Below, piece by piece: positions 45,401 through 59,600 of a DNA stretch of 64,000 nucleotides (position 1 is the stretch's first letter; every line of letters starts with the position of its first letter). The notes below the pieces were generated by a model, which saw only the letters and a program-made list of their open reading frames with translations, had not been told where the DNA came from and ran no database searches. The stretch is from Octopus vulgaris (Eukaryota). Made by a program: the position numbers and the translations under genes. The DNA lies in NCBI GenBank assembly GCA_951406725.2, contig OX597816.1, forward strand, positions 868,001 to 932,000. The letters are read 5' to 3'.

Positions 45401-45762
45401 AGGCACAGGAGTAGTTGTGTGGTAAGAAGCTTGCTTTCCAACCACACAGTTCCGGGTTGAGTCCCACTGCGTGGCACCTTGGGCATATGTCTTCTATTAT
45501 AGCCTCGGGTCAACCAAAGCCTTGTGAGTGGGTTTGGTAGATGGAAGCTGAAAGAAGCCTGGCAAATATATAAATATATGTATATGTTTGTCCCCCCACC
45601 ATTGCTTGACAACCGATGTTGGTGTGTTTATGTCCCCTGTAATTTAGCAGTTTGGCAAAATAGACTGATAGAATAAGTCCTGGGGTTGATTCGATTGACT
45701 AAAGGTGGTGCTCCAGCATAGCCACAGTCGAATGACTGAAACAAGTAGAAGAATAAAAGAAT
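45401..45762 (+). mobile_element. tRNA-derived SINE with CORE-like centre
   Basis: tRNA-like head (tgtgtggtaag...gggttgagtccc) followed by ggcaccttgggca. Related pieces at about 32210-32510, 36270-36440, 42890-43000 and 53240-53380. Confidence 0.65.
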
Positions 45763-46599
45763 TATATATATATATATATATATATAGGGGGTGGGAGGAG
45801 CACAATGAGTAAAATTTAATGCATTTTTGAGAAAAAATACATTTTTTTAAAAGCATCAGTCTCAGCCAAGCTAGCATGGAAGGTAGACATTAAACGATGA
45901 TGATGATTGTTCACTACCTTACAAAATCTATATCAATTCAGCAAATGACCTTCATTAAATGCACTAGAAACACTAAAATAACCTGAATTCTATTTCAAAA
46001 AATTATCTCCATTCTCTTTGAGCTCTTAAAAGAAAAGTTTAGCTGAGGCAAAATGAATAAGACAAGATCAGGAAAATTTGCCTCTTCAATTCTCCAGAAT
46101 TACATTTGGTAAAAAGACTCAAACGCATCAATATCCATCCATAGACATCAGAAATGCAACAAAAATTTCAAATATCTAAATCAAATGAAAAATTGCACAT
46201 GATATGAAATTAACAAAACTCGACTAAATAAATAATAAAATGTTCTCTGCACAATCTGTTACAGTTGCTCTCTTCTCCATTGATTTATGCAGTTAAAGAG
46301 AAGAAATTATTGAAATTAGCCGTTAATCATTTTGCCCCATCATCATTTGAAAGTTGATAAATTAGACATTAGTGTGAGAAAAAAATTAAATTAGAATTCA
46401 ACAGAGAAAAGAATATTGATTGTTAAACACCAAAAATTGTCCAGATATTTTATTAGCAACCTCAGTTACAATTGGATCAAATCATCATCGTTTAATGTCC
46501 GTTTTCCATGCTGGCATGGGTTGGACGGATTTGGGAAGCCAGGAGGCTTCACCAGGCCCCAATCTTGATCTCACAACTACAATTTCTGTTTGATTTGAT

Positions 46600-47130
46600 T
46601 TGCAGATGACTTAAATGAGTATAGAATGCTTTAAAAATCTGAAACAAGTACAGAAACTTAAATTTAAGTGCAGTGGAGATTCTTACTAATGTTCTTGGTC
46701 CGTATTTTAAAGAAGAGTTAAAAAGTGTGATAGGAAGGGCTAAGTACAGTTTGATTAGAGGTTATTTACATGCTAGAAAAAACATTGTAACATATTTTGA
46801 CTAAGCTAAAATAAAAATCATGACCTTGATTTGCAAAATCTGATTGCATTAGGTACAGAAAGTGCTTCAGTTATGACTGGTGTAAACAATGGTGTGTATG
46901 CTATATAAAAAAGAGAAATTCATTCCTTATCTGATACTTGTAGGATGTGTTTGTCATTCCCTCCATATTGCTGTGTCACATGCTGCAGTTGAATGTTAGT
47001 CTAGAAATCTGGATTGCAACAAGATGGATGTCAACTGAATCTGCAGTAGAAAGGATTTTACAACAGGAGGTTGAATTGAAAATATATATTTCAAAATTGC
47101 AAAGAATGAAGAACATTGTTATGCAGCTGA
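46600..47130 (+). mobile_element. Degraded hAT transposase fragment
   Basis: LQNLIALGTESASVMTGVNNGVYA and LILVGCVCHSLH (CxxH motif); probably continues at about 48050-48360 beyond the CR1 insertion. Confidence 0.6.
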
Positions 47131-47144
47131 AGTCTCCCGTATAT

Positions 47145-48047
47145 AATAATAATAATGAAATTATTGTATACAGTGCTCAGGTGCACCACAACTTGTCAGA
47201 AAGTGCGTATAAAGTATATGCAGTAATGTACAAATGTCTGGAAAGCGAACAATGTATGAGTCAGATACATGCTTGTGTGTGTATGGAGGGGAGAAAATCA
47301 GGTGTAGTGTTGGCGAATCTCAGAAAGCATGGAAGTTCTGAAGGATGCAGTGCTCCGACAACTAACAACTGATGCTGGCAGTTTGTTCCATGCTTCAGCA
47401 ACTCTCAGCATGAAAAAATGTTTCCTAAAGTCATGGAAGGAGCTGTGCTGTTTTCTGACTTTGTAAATATGTCCACAGGTGTTAGATGAGTGGAGTTTGA
47501 AAAGATGCTCAGAGTTATTGTTTGTAACATGGTTGATAATTTTATGGGTGTCTGCCAAGTCAGCTGCCAGACGTCGGAGTTTCAATGTGTCCATGCCCAG
47601 GGAAGTAAGGTGTTCAGAATATGGCAAATGCCTGATGGAGGGTATTCTTTTGGTTGCACATCGCTGAACGGCTTCCAGACGATTAAGATCCTGGGCAAGA
47701 TAGGGGTTCCAGACTGGTGATGCAAATTCCAGGTGAGGTCGTACCATAGCTATATAAAGCCGCAGATAGATAGCCGGAGAGTGACTCACAAAGGACGTGG
47801 TGAGTGATGCCAAGACACCCTCAGCCTTCTTGGCAATTTTAACAATGTGTTTTGTCCAACGCAAATCGCTGTTGACAATAACACCCAGGTCACGTTCACA
47901 CGAAGACTTTTTGAGATTAGTGTTGTGGAGCGAGTAGGTGGACGCTGGGTTTCTCCTCCCAAAATGCATGGTGGTACATTTGTCCACAGCCAGCTTGAGT
48001 TGCCAGTCCATGATCCACTGCTGCATTGTGTCCAGGTCTGGTGACAA
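47145..48047 (-). mobile_element. CR1-type LINE 3' fragment, a different family from 24637-29184
   Basis: ERDLGVIV, LYIAMVRPHLEFASPVWNP, LEAVQRCATKRI and RVAEAWNKLP; (att)n tail. Confidence 0.85.
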
Positions 48048-48359
48048 GTAAAACTAAGTTTTTCTACTCTTTTTGAATCAAATTGTTTTTGAAGTTCAAA
48101 GACTTAACAAAAGATTTGAAGCTGAAACAAGGCCCCACTAAATTATTGAATGATCTTCTCATTGATTCACTCAATTCAATGATTATAATGCCAAAAAAGA
48201 AGCTAAATGAAAATGGTGCAATGCAGGATTATTTAGATCTGAAGCCATATCCTGATTATAGATTTGAAAAGCTAATTTCAAAGTGTAAATCTCTGAGCAA
48301 GAGAAAAATGAGACAAGAACACATTGCATAAAGTTTGTTATGGAAGTTTCATAACAATT

Positions 48360-48745
48360 TGGTATGAAAGTCAATGCCTCGAAGGCCTAAATCCTCACAG
48401 CTGGCTTTGCCCCACCAGACAAAACACCCATTGTCCTCAATGGTGATATTCTTGAAGAGAGTTTCAAATACCTTGGCGCCATCATTACAGCTACAGGTCA
48501 AGGTGAGGCTGACATCAAAACACCAATCGACCTCGCTCGCCAAGCCTTCAACCGACTCAATGTACGACTCTGGTCAAGATCTGAGATCCGACACACACCA
48601 AAGTACGGATCTACCAAGCACTAGTGCGAACGGTTCTCCTTTACGGCAGCAAGTCATGGCCGATGAAGGTAGAAGATATTAAGCAACTAGAATCCTTCAA
48701 TCACCTCTGTCTATGCCACATCCTTTGTGTCTGATGGCACTTCGA
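48360..48745 (+). mobile_element. Degraded RTE fragment
   Basis: GMKVNAS, FKYLGAII and VRTVLLYG-like peptides across frameshifts. Confidence 0.55.
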
Positions 48746-49149
48746 ACATTCTGTGCGGTCATTCAAAACCTGTTGTGTGGTCGAGCTTCCTTGATGCCTG
48801 CAGGGATTTTCTCCTCCCTCGTCTCTGTTGACCACCGTATTTATAATAATCGTGGCAGCTAGAAAGACAGACATACTGCAGCAGAGTTTGTACCTAAATA
48901 GGTCAGCTCCTGTCCATTTGAACTTTGCCTGACATGGCTGAGGTCGTAGGTCAAAGGGAGATGATCAATCAATTTTTGACAGGACAAAGAAAACCTTTTT
49001 TCACGCCTGTTGATCGTCGTGGTTTGGACAACCGAGAATTCTTAGATTCGGTTTCGAATCTAGGCTTGGAGAAGGAAGTGTTAATTTTTACACTCTCAAA
49101 TATGAACTTTAAGACTATAAACTACCGAGCAGATTGTTAAAGAAAATTG

Positions 49150-50071
49150 GATTCATGGATGCTGAGAAATCATGAAACTACATCATCTATTATATAAGTC
49201 TAGTTTCATCACAGTCAAAGACTTTCTGGCAGATGTAGCCTTCAGATGCTATAATTCTGGCAAAAGTTTTGAGGTAATCCTTGGCTGCCTTCATGTCTGC
49301 TCTCACTGCCTTACCATGCCTGTCCTCTTTTTAAAATTCTTGAACCAGCCCTAAATGGCTCACCTGATGCCTCGTCTGTACAAGTCCCTGGGGTCTACTG
49401 CAGCAAATCAGCGTAAATAGCTTGTGCCTTCTTGCAGATTATAGCCTCCGTCACGGTATCTCCTACGAGCTGCTTCTCCATCAACCACACCATCAGCAGC
49501 TTCTCCATATTTTCATGGATAGATGTCTGCTGTTTAGAAATTATTCTAACGTCCTTGGCAACCTTTACCAATTCCTTCTGCTTCAGTTTGGTGCAGATCG
49601 TAGAAGTGCTATGCTCGTACTATTTCACCATGTCAACTATACACACACTTTCATCATGTTTTTCAATAATTTCTTTCTTTAATTCAATGCACATCATCTA
49701 CTTCTTCTCATCACTGACCTTCACACTCACTTTCTTCAGACCCATGTTTGGAAAAACAAAGTTTTGCAAAACAACTGCAAACACAACACTGATGTTTCTG
49801 TAGCCTGCAACGACTAAGTAAGCATTTTACCACTAACGATCTTCGCACTTGCTAACACTCATATCAGTCTAGCTATCGAGTGAGACCTGGGATGCTGTGG
49901 GGATGTTACGACATTCACTGTGGCATTCGCTACGCCACCTAGTGGTGGGGTATCTGAAGCTGGCACCTAACCTGAATTTTAGCTCACAACTCAAAGCAAA
50001 AATCAGCCAAGAGATGGCTCATATCTTGAAAAACTCATTAGTTGAGACACTCGTAAGTCAAGGTACTACTG
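49150..50071 (-). mobile_element. Tigger/pogo DNA transposon, 5' part
   Basis: Minus-strand IELKKEIIEKH...STSTICT.LKQKE (CENP-B-like HTH) and terminal cagtagtaccttgacttacgag. Confidence 0.65.
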
Positions 50072-50737
50072 TGTGTATATCTCTATCTCTATATATAAAA
50101 TCTCTATATATAAAACTGAAATGCGTTTTTACCGCTTGGTTCGCTTTCAATGCCACTACATCCCGTCCGATTCGCTCCAAAATTTACAGGGACATGTAGA
50201 ATGAGGTGACGATGCGCGTGGGCTACCTTAGAAATCCCTATCTTAAAAGGTGTGGTTGCTAGGGGCCATCTTCCTACCTCACCCTATTTCCTCCAGTACT
50301 CTGTCACTCCTCTTCATAACTTTCAGAAGTCCACTACGGTTATTTAAAGTATCTGTCACTATCGCTATTTCCTTTCACTGACTCTGTTTCCTACCTTCCT
50401 ATCACTTAGGCAGCGTTCTTTTAACTATATGTCTGTCACCAACAAACAACACACGAGCATGAGAACAAATATTATGAATCAGATATTCTTGCGTTCATTT
50501 ATATGTGTGTGTGTGTGTGTGTTCTATATATAAATATGTATATATAATGTATGTGTGTGTGTGTGTGTTCTATATATAAATATGTATATATAATGTATAT
50601 ATACAAAGTGTATATATCTGTATTTATGTATATTAAACTTTTTCATAGTTATATATATTTTTAAACAAATTATAAATATAATTTAATAATTTTTATTTTC
50701 AATTTAAATAATTTAAAGTTTTCAATTTTATATTTTA

Positions 50738-51752
50738 CTAGCAGTATCGCCCGGCGTTGCTCGGGTTTGTAAGGGAAATAACTATATAAGCATTTTTAGT
50801 GAGTTATAGCAAAAAAATAGCAAAAAATGCATTAAAAATGGAATAAAAAATTATAGTAAATTTTTTTTTAAATCGTTGACTCATTGTAGACATTTTTAGA
50901 GAGTTACTTCCCTTATATAATAGCGAAAAATGCATTAAAATGGAATAAAAAATGATGGTAATTTTTTTTTTAATCGTTGACTCATCGTAGACATTTTTAG
51001 AGAGTTACTTCCCTTATATAATTGCGAAAAATGCATTAAAATGGAATAAAAAATGATGGTAAATTTTTTTTAAATCGTAGACTCATCGTAGACGCGCGCT
51101 AATACCCAGAAGGGCTCGATATGAATCACGACTATAAGATACCCGGTTTTGGTTACACTGTACCGCAAAATGTGGGAGTAGTTAGGAATCTAAATCGTAG
51201 GAGACAGACACACAACCTTACTTTTATAGATAAAAATTTGTGCAACAACTAAAACATTCGGTTGTGCAAATTGTTTGCACAGGAAACCTGCCCTGTGTGG
51301 CGGTTTTTGCCGTTTTTGTGGATCCGTTTCAGCTTTTTTAGCGATTTCTGTTTTGGCGACTTCAAGCCATGAAGTCGTTGTTCTAAAAGAACGCTGGTCT
51401 CCTTGACAACGCATTACGACGTTGATTTCCTTACACTCCCTTCCCCACAGCTTCACGAGGGAGGGAAGAAGGGGGAGAAGCAACACAGGTGCAGGCGTGA
51501 GCGTGCACGCCAACTCCGCCGCCATCGACACACGAAAAAATATGCATTAAAATGGAATAAAAGATGATGTTAAATTATTTTTAAAATCGTAGACTCATCG
51601 TAGACGCGCGCTAATACCCAGACGGGCTCGATATGAATCACGACTATAAGATACCCGAATTTGGTTAAACTGCATCTCAAAATGTGGGAGTAGTTAGGAA
51701 TCTAAATCGAAGGGGACACACACTCACACAACTACAGTTTTATATATATAGA
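50738..51752 (-). mobile_element. Nested non-autonomous Helitron with internal ~110-bp repeats
   Basis: 5' A|TCTATATATATAAAA at 51752; 3' hairpin cccgagcaacgccggg followed by CTAG|T at 50741-50738; duplicated module at about 51030-51235 and 51535-51752. Confidence 0.8.
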
Positions 51753-51895
51753 TATATTTTCTATGTTATATTTTCTTTTTTTATGTTTTTGTTTTTGATT
51801 TTTCACTGTTTGATTTGCCTATTAGTGGTTTTATCTCTAATTTAATTTATACAGATATATATCTCATTTGTATACATTTGTATATATAATGCGTG

Positions 51896-51927
<32 letters not shown>

Positions 51928-52733
51928 CACATATATATATAATGTGTGCATTACGTAGTCGGTCGATTCAGCTCAAAATATGCACACCTATGTTAACGGT
52001 GCTGACAAGTTTGCATGACAACTATTTTGTTCCTCAAATGAAAGGCGTCACCTCCAGGACAAAATTCCTCATCTTATAAAATGTGGCCCCAGTAGACCCG
52101 AATGAAATCGGGTTATATTAACCAAAATGTGAAAAGGGGTCTAAATGGGGCTGGAAGGGGATTAAAATTTCAAGGAGCGGGTGTTTAGGAATTCTCTGTT
52201 ACATCAAGCTAAAAAATTTGTGCTAGCCTTTTAATCGTCAATGTGTTGCCGTCCATGATAAAGAAGTTTTGAATGCTTGCCATGGTGAGTCTACTGTCGT
52301 GAGAAAGAATCGCTTCAAAACTTGGTGTTTACGAATTTTCTTTTACATCAAGTTCCAAATTTTACGCCAGCCGTTAAACTGTCACTACGTTGCTGTCCGT
52401 CGTTAACAAATGCCAGCCATGGTGACTCTACTATCCTCAGATTCTATCCCTTCAAACTTTGGTTTCCAATATTTTATTATTTTTATTCAGCTCGCAAGTT
52501 CGTCTGTCCCTTTTAAATGTTAGCGTTTTGCTATCTGCCTTGAAGCAGACCTTTCCATTGCCACTGCCTCATATTTCTGATTGATCTTTCTAAATATTTT
52601 ATTTCTCAACTTACTCAAGATCTTCTGTTGGAGAGAGATAGGTAAAGATAGAGAGTAAGAGAAAGCGAGGGAGAGTCCGAGAGAAAAGAAAAGTAAGAGA
52701 GTGGGAAAGTGAGAGAGAAACAAATACGGAGAA

Positions 52734-53040
52734 TCATCATCATCATCGTTTAACGTCCGTTTTCCGTGCTAGCACGGGCTGGGCAGTGTGACCGGGGTCT
52801 CGGAAGCCAGGAGGCTGCACCAGGCTCCAGTCTGATCTGGCAGTGTTTCTACAGGTGGATGACCTTCCTAACGCCAACCACTCTGTGAGTGTAGTGAGTG
52901 CTTTTTTCGTGCCGCCGGCACTGGTGCCAGGGGTTCTCGCAGTGGCAACGATCGGTTGGTGCTTTTTACGTGCCACCGGCACAGAAGCAAGTCAAGGCGG
53001 TGCTGCAATCGGCCACGTTCGGATGGTGCTTTTTACGTGC
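52734..53040 (-). repeat. RTE 3'-tail copy inside the Helitron
   Basis: Reverse complement of about 5470-5770 with (atc)n. Confidence 0.85.
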
Positions 53041-55539
53041 TGAAAGGAAGCAACAGAAAGTAACATCCACACTCTTACCCGCGCGTAGAGCGGGTCACCT
53101 TCAGCTAGTATATATATATATAGTGTGAGTGTGTGTGTGCGTGTGTCACATAATTGGATGGCCTTAACACTTTGCTGAGTTCATCAGCCTTTGATGGGTC
53201 TTTTTCATCCTGTCCCTGAAGCCACCCTACTCACCAGTTTCTGTCTATCACTGAAACTCACAAAACCTGTCATTGGCTTGAGGTTATAGGAGAGGACACT
53301 TTCCCAAGGTGCCCTGCAGTGTAACTGAACCCAAAACAACATGGTTAGAAAGCAAATGCTTTAACCACACAGCCATGCTTGTTCCTATTTAAATTGAAGA
53401 TCATTTTATCACTTTTAAACAGGGATTTTGAAATATTTTGCTTTTATTTTATCAAATCAAGCGAATTGAATAATTTTAAAATTCATTATTGATCGTTCTT
53501 GCTGAAATTAAATTTGATTTCTATTAGAATCATTATCCTTATTGTTTTAGTATCGACTTTTCCATGCTTGCATGGGTTAGATGTGTACATGTCTGTGTCC
53601 CCTGGTCTTGACATCATGTGATGGTTGTAAATGAGGGTCACTGCCATAGAAGAACTGTCATTCATTTCCAATATTCTTCTGAAAACACACCTGGCCATGA
53701 AGAAATATTATTTTGTTTGGCAACGTAAGGGTTGGCATCAGGAAGGGCATCTGTTTGGTCATAGAAAATCTGCTTTGATCAACTCTGTCCAACCTATGCA
53801 AACATAGCAAATGAACATTAAATGATGATGACTTTTTTCCATGATGCCATCAGTTAGAGCTCCATCATGACAAATTTTCAACATTTTTTATTATTGCAAA
53901 TCCAAGACACAAACCTGGCAGCATTCACATGACTCATATTTTTAAGTAACACAGGAGAGATTTCTTTAAAAAACCCAGAACTTTTTATTTGCTATTTTCA
54001 CAGGCAATTCCTCTATTCCATAGTATTTATATTCTTCTGTTGGAAATATCTCACTTCATTGTCCTTCATTTTCAAAATATCTCCCCAGACTTCTTCCCAA
54101 ATTTTCCATTCAGTCACTCATATTGGTTTTCTATTTTCTGCTTTAAATTCGTTTCACTTGAATGTCCCACTCAGTCACTGGTTCCAATATGCTGTGAGGG
54201 GAATAAATGGCAATTCCAACTTTGAGCATATTGAAAATGGCTACATCTGATTTGGCTGAAATTGATAAAAATTTCAATTTTTGAAATTTCAGTACTTCTT
54301 TACTTTTAATTTCTGCGAAAAATTATTATGATTTTCATAATTAGCATAAAAAGCTACATCTGTCTAGAAATTTGTTACAATATCCAGGCTGTTTGTTGTT
54401 AATCGACTGGAATTATTTGCCTTTCTTAGGAACTGGTGAGGATTGGTATCAAAAAGAATATTTAGCTTTCGAAAACCCTGCTTCAATGGAGTCTCATCTT
54501 CTCCATGCAAAGTAGACATTGAAATGGTGATCAAGAGGAATGCCATGTTAAAAGTGATAGGATTGCTAATTAGGACATAATTTTTTTAAAAATTAACATA
54601 TCAGTCTCAAAAAGCCTACATTTTTTTGATGATGTCTAATGATCCAGCACTTTGTATTACAAACTCATAAATTAAAAGCTACTGACACATTAACATATTA
54701 AAGACTCACTGTTAGGTTACTTGTCTCTCCTCAGCATTTGCTTAAAACTAAAATACACATGACTTCCATTAAACAGGATTATTAAAACAAGATTCACTGT
54801 CCTTTATTATCATGGATGAAAGCAATGCATACATTCCGTCAGATATATATAGACAGACACATACATACATTCCTTTAATGTCTGTTTTTCCATGCTTACA
54901 TGGATCAGACAAGAATGCATTGGGGCAGGGTTTTCTACAGCCAGTGCTTTCCTGTTTCTAACCCCCCCCCCCAACTTGTTTTCTTGTAAAGTAATAATCT
55001 CCCAGTCTATCAAACAACGAACATCCCAGACGTAGGTTATGCAGTGAACTGGGAAGAAATGGCACTATACGAATGAGCTTTTTGTTGACAAAAATCATGC
55101 AACATGTCAAGAAACCCAAATATGCTTTTGTGTCAGACTGGAAGCAAAACGACACTGTTAGTGAAGCCAATGAGTGAAAGAGAAACATGAAGCACACACA
55201 CACACATAATATACACTTATAAACATGTTCAATGGGGTTTTTTTCAGTTTCTGTCTCTCAACAAGCTTTGGCTACCCTGGGTAGAAGACACTTGCCCAAC
55301 ATACTACGCACACTGAACTCAAAACTACATGATTGCGAAGCAAATTTCTTAACCACACAGCCATACCATACATATACATACATACATATATTTTTTTGTT
55401 TTTCGTCTTTCTTGTTTCAGCTCAGAGCTGCGGCCATGCTGGTGCACCGCCGTTAATATATAATATATATATATATATACACCATGCATACATACACTAA
55501 TTCACTATGATTTTAACATATTCCTTGCAGAAGATGATG

Positions 55540-56620
55540 GTTTGGCAGAGAAAATTGATCCACAGATTTTAGCCCCATTTTGTGATTGGCACTTCTTCAT
55601 GCAACTGTTCTCGTCTATGCGCATCCCATGTCCAGAACAGTGCAACCCTCTCCCTTGCACACATCTGATCCCACTGAAGTCCTTCTCTCACCACTTTTCT
55701 CCAATGTCTTCCATGCACAATTACCTTGCACAGCCAATGGAGCATGCTTACTCCATTTCCTTCCAGTCTTCTCAAGTTCTCTGCATTCAAGGCCCCTGTC
55801 TCACTACCATGCAGCACTATAGTTCTAACGCAAGCATCATACTGTCTAGCTTTCACTCAAAGGGAAAAGACCTTTGTTACCAGTATCAATAATAGCTTTT
55901 TTTTAGGCAATCTTACTCTGGCCTCAATGCTTTCAGAGCAACCACCTCCCTTACAGATGATGTCTTCTAAATAGCAAAAACAATCAACTAATTCTAGTGA
56001 GTCATACAAGTATTCGTGGGGTTTTATTCCCAGTGTATTCATAGAACATATTGCCCCAGTGCTTCTCTGGCATATGCCTGTGATTCTGCTATATCTTTTG
56101 AGTGTCCATAGCTTCCATTGAGTACAATACACGGAATTTATGCCCGTTCCTTTACCTATCAAGCAAGGCCATTCCCCTGAACTAGGATCCTGTCTTCTTT
56201 CCCACAAACTCAAACTTTTGTCTTTGCAAAGTTTACCTTAAACTCTCTCGACTCCAGGTTTAGCTTCCATGCCTGAAATTTCCTCCCTAATTCCCCGATG
56301 GATTTAGCTATGAAAACTAGGAGAGCAGTTTATAGGAGTTCCCATGGACAGCCAGCCTGAAACTCCTTTGTGGTGGCCAGAAGGACTCTGATGAAAAGGA
56401 AGGAACTGAGAAATGAGCTTTGATGGATTCCCACCCTCACACTAAATTGCTCGCTGAAGTCAGAAAATGAAAGAAGTTTTTATACACAACTTTACGTGAG
56501 ATCAGATTAAGTGCTTGAATTTTTCTGAAGGATATCTTTAGAGGGATACATGCAACCAGGCCACACTATCATCTGTTTTGAGCTATTAATGGCATACATT
56601 TCAGGGCTTCTACCAAAATC
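55540..56620 (-). mobile_element. Degraded RTE LINE
   Basis: WPC...NSVYCTQ.KLWT, LELVDCFCYLED and YDACVRTIVLHGSET. Confidence 0.75.
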
Positions 56621-59600
56621 ACTGAGAGACATCTGTTTATTATTAAAAACTGGATATTTTGATTCACCGCTGTGAGAAATAACATCTGTTTACATCTCTT
56701 CAAAAATAGTTTGGAATTTAGGGGCTAGAAGACTGTTTTTATATACTGTATTTTGTAGTATAGTAGAAGTTGTATCACGGAAGATGCAGCCTGATTTTGG
56801 AATTGTAATTCTTGGAAAATCATTCTTTATCAAGCCCCATCCACATGATAGGGAAGTATCTAGGGGACACACTAAATGCCTGTTATCAGACAAAATTAGG
56901 GAACAAACCAATAGAGTCCATTTGTCGATTTTTCTGTAAAATCACCAAACGATGACCACCTATCTGCTGGGTGTTGTTCTAATAAACAACACTAAGCTCT
57001 TCACTTTTAATGGCTTGTGATTATTCAAGCAACACACCCCAGTGATAGCATAACACTCCTTGCCTCTGTGACCCCTTACCACTTCTTCACTACAACAACT
57101 GCCAACCACCCCCATTGAGTTGAGAAATCTCCAATTACTTCTCATCTCACATCATGGAAGACACATGGTAATTTTCAACAAAGTGTCTCTTCTGTGTTAC
57201 AAAATCTGGTAAAAGAATTGAAAAAGAAAGATGTTAAATATCTTTGAATGGCAGATATAATATCAACTTGATGAAATTTAAATGTCTGCATTTTTTAATC
57301 TTAGCTCATCAGCTGATGCAAGCTTTGTATTAAATGTTGTAACAAAACTTTTTTTTTGTCATAAAGTGTGATTCTTATTTGCATAATTTTGTTCCTTTAA
57401 CAATGAAGATATTTAACAAATTCTTTTTTTCCTGGATATAAAGTATAAAGGCACAGTGTGACTGATTGGTTTGAGAAGTTGGCTCTGTAACAACAAGGCG
57501 TTGGGTTCAATTCCCTGTGTAGTATCTTTGGCAAATATATTTTCTAACCTCAGAATGACCCTTTCAGTACACAGCCTGTATAGAAACCATCAACCAATCA
57601 GGTGGCTGTATCTGTAGTTCAAAAGGTACAGCCAGGACCATCTTAAAGCATGGGCATACTGGGCAGTTACCCAGGTGCTGCACAGTCTTAGGGGCCCAAC
57701 TATGACATTTGCCCCTTTCAATAAATAAATACTATAGGACCCAGTGCATTGATTTGCCCCCAGGGGCCTATATTACTGCTAAGGTGGTCTTGGATACAGC
57801 CTCATCTTTCCCAATGTCATGCTGATTCTGCCTGAGAAATCTGCAACGGTCAAGTGTCTGTGTAGAATGCAGACACTTGATTAATTAATTCAGACACTTG
57901 AACCAGCAACTCTTCATTGTTGAATGACAGAAATCCTCCACCTCCACCACCACCACCTTATTACTTGCAGTTTAGTGAAATAACAAAAAGCAAAACAAAC
58001 ACTGAAGTGAACGCCAATAATTCCATTATATTTTGTGGCAGGCGTCCATCGTCTGTCCATCGATGCTCTCCTTTTTGGATCAACAAAATTCAAAGAATGT
58101 TCATAACAATATAAGGGGCATAAACTAATATTAGAAGCCTCTCTCATGAGTATCAAACCCATCCCTAGTAATATCTATTGCATTATAATGGACCAAAGTG
58201 TTTCATGTGTACAATCAAGGATTTCAATCTGACCACATTTTCCTGTATCTCTCTCTCTGCTGCACCAAACATCAAACACCCAATTATACCATTTTCTCTG
58301 GTGCTAGTCCCAATGCTTGAGCTTATTAAATTATGAAATTTCACTACAGTCATTCTGGTGCAATTTAATTTTTTGTGACACTAAAACTACATGTTAACTG
58401 AAACTAAATGGAAGCTATGTGATTATTTTATTGATAAAAAAGAAACAACTCATAGAAAGATATCCTCTTTGATGGCATATAAGACACACTATTTTTCCAA
58501 AAGAAGTCTCAAAAAATTACCCCTGGCCCTCTATGTGAAGTTGCACTAAAAACATTTTCCTAAATTTGGGCTGCATCTAATATGATTGCACATCTTTTAC
58601 ACCATCAAATACAGTACTTCCCTCAGTTAACATGCAGCTTACCAACAAAAAAAGTGAAGGTAAATTGTCCTAAATACTCCAAAGGGACGAAAGTGATCTT
58701 CCAAATTTGATATCAAGTGTTGTTGGCACCCAGATAGTACCCATGCTGGTGCCATGTAAAAGCATCCATGCCAGCACCACATAGCCCCGAGTACACTCTG
58801 TAAAATTGTTGGCTTTAAGAGAGGCATCCAGCCTTAAAAACATGTTAACCCTTCCTTCTGGTACATTCTCAGTGACTAATTTCATTATTCATTAAGAATT
58901 ATGATATAAGTGAGAATTCAGATGCCAAAAGAATGGCTTCTAATTTAGACGCAAAGCCTAAATTTTGAGGAATAAGGCTTAGTTGGTTGTATCCATTGCA
59001 GTACATCACTAGAACTTCTATGTTATTAACTGTGTAATGGTGAAAGACAAAGTTGATGTCAGCAGGATTAATATACAAAGATTATCAAAGGAGCAAAGAT
59101 TCAAATACCAAAAGAATGGTCCCTAATTTAGGCACCTGCTCTGAATTCTGAGATATGAAGGTTGGTTATAGAGACTCCAGTTCTTTTGTTTTATAGATCT
59201 CAAAAGGATGGAAGGCAAAATTGACCTCTACAGGAACGATGCCAAGATTGCTGGCATGAGACCAGCAAATTTGAGAGGATTTGAGGGGTTACATCAACTG
59301 CAGTACTTGATTGGTACTTTATTTTATTGACCTCGAAAGGATGACAGGCAAAGTTGACCTTGGCATGATTTGAACTCAGACCATAAAGAGCAGTAAGAAA
59401 TGTTACTCAGCAATTTGTCTGATGTGCTAACAACACTGCCAAGAATGACCTACATTTGCTCAGCTCACTAATGTCAGGAACGTCAAAGGCCAAACATGTT
59501 TAGCATTGCTTCTGCTGCTGCTGGTGATGTCAGTAGTGCAAGAACCGCTACCATCACAGCTACTGCAACTGTTGTTGAAGCTGCCTCTGTTGCTTGGACT

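Larger units (their letters stand above)
50080..53108 (+). mobile_element. Composite non-autonomous Helitron (outer)
   Basis: 5' A|TC with doubled tctctatatataaaa; 3' hairpin acccgc-gcgtaga-gcgggt (53077-53095) followed by CTAG|T (53105-53108). Confidence 0.7.

Noticed and set aside
56690-58242. Short minus-strand ORFs including signal-peptide-like MELLAFTSVFVLLFVISLNC
   Set aside because: No consistent splice model or recognisable protein could be assembled.
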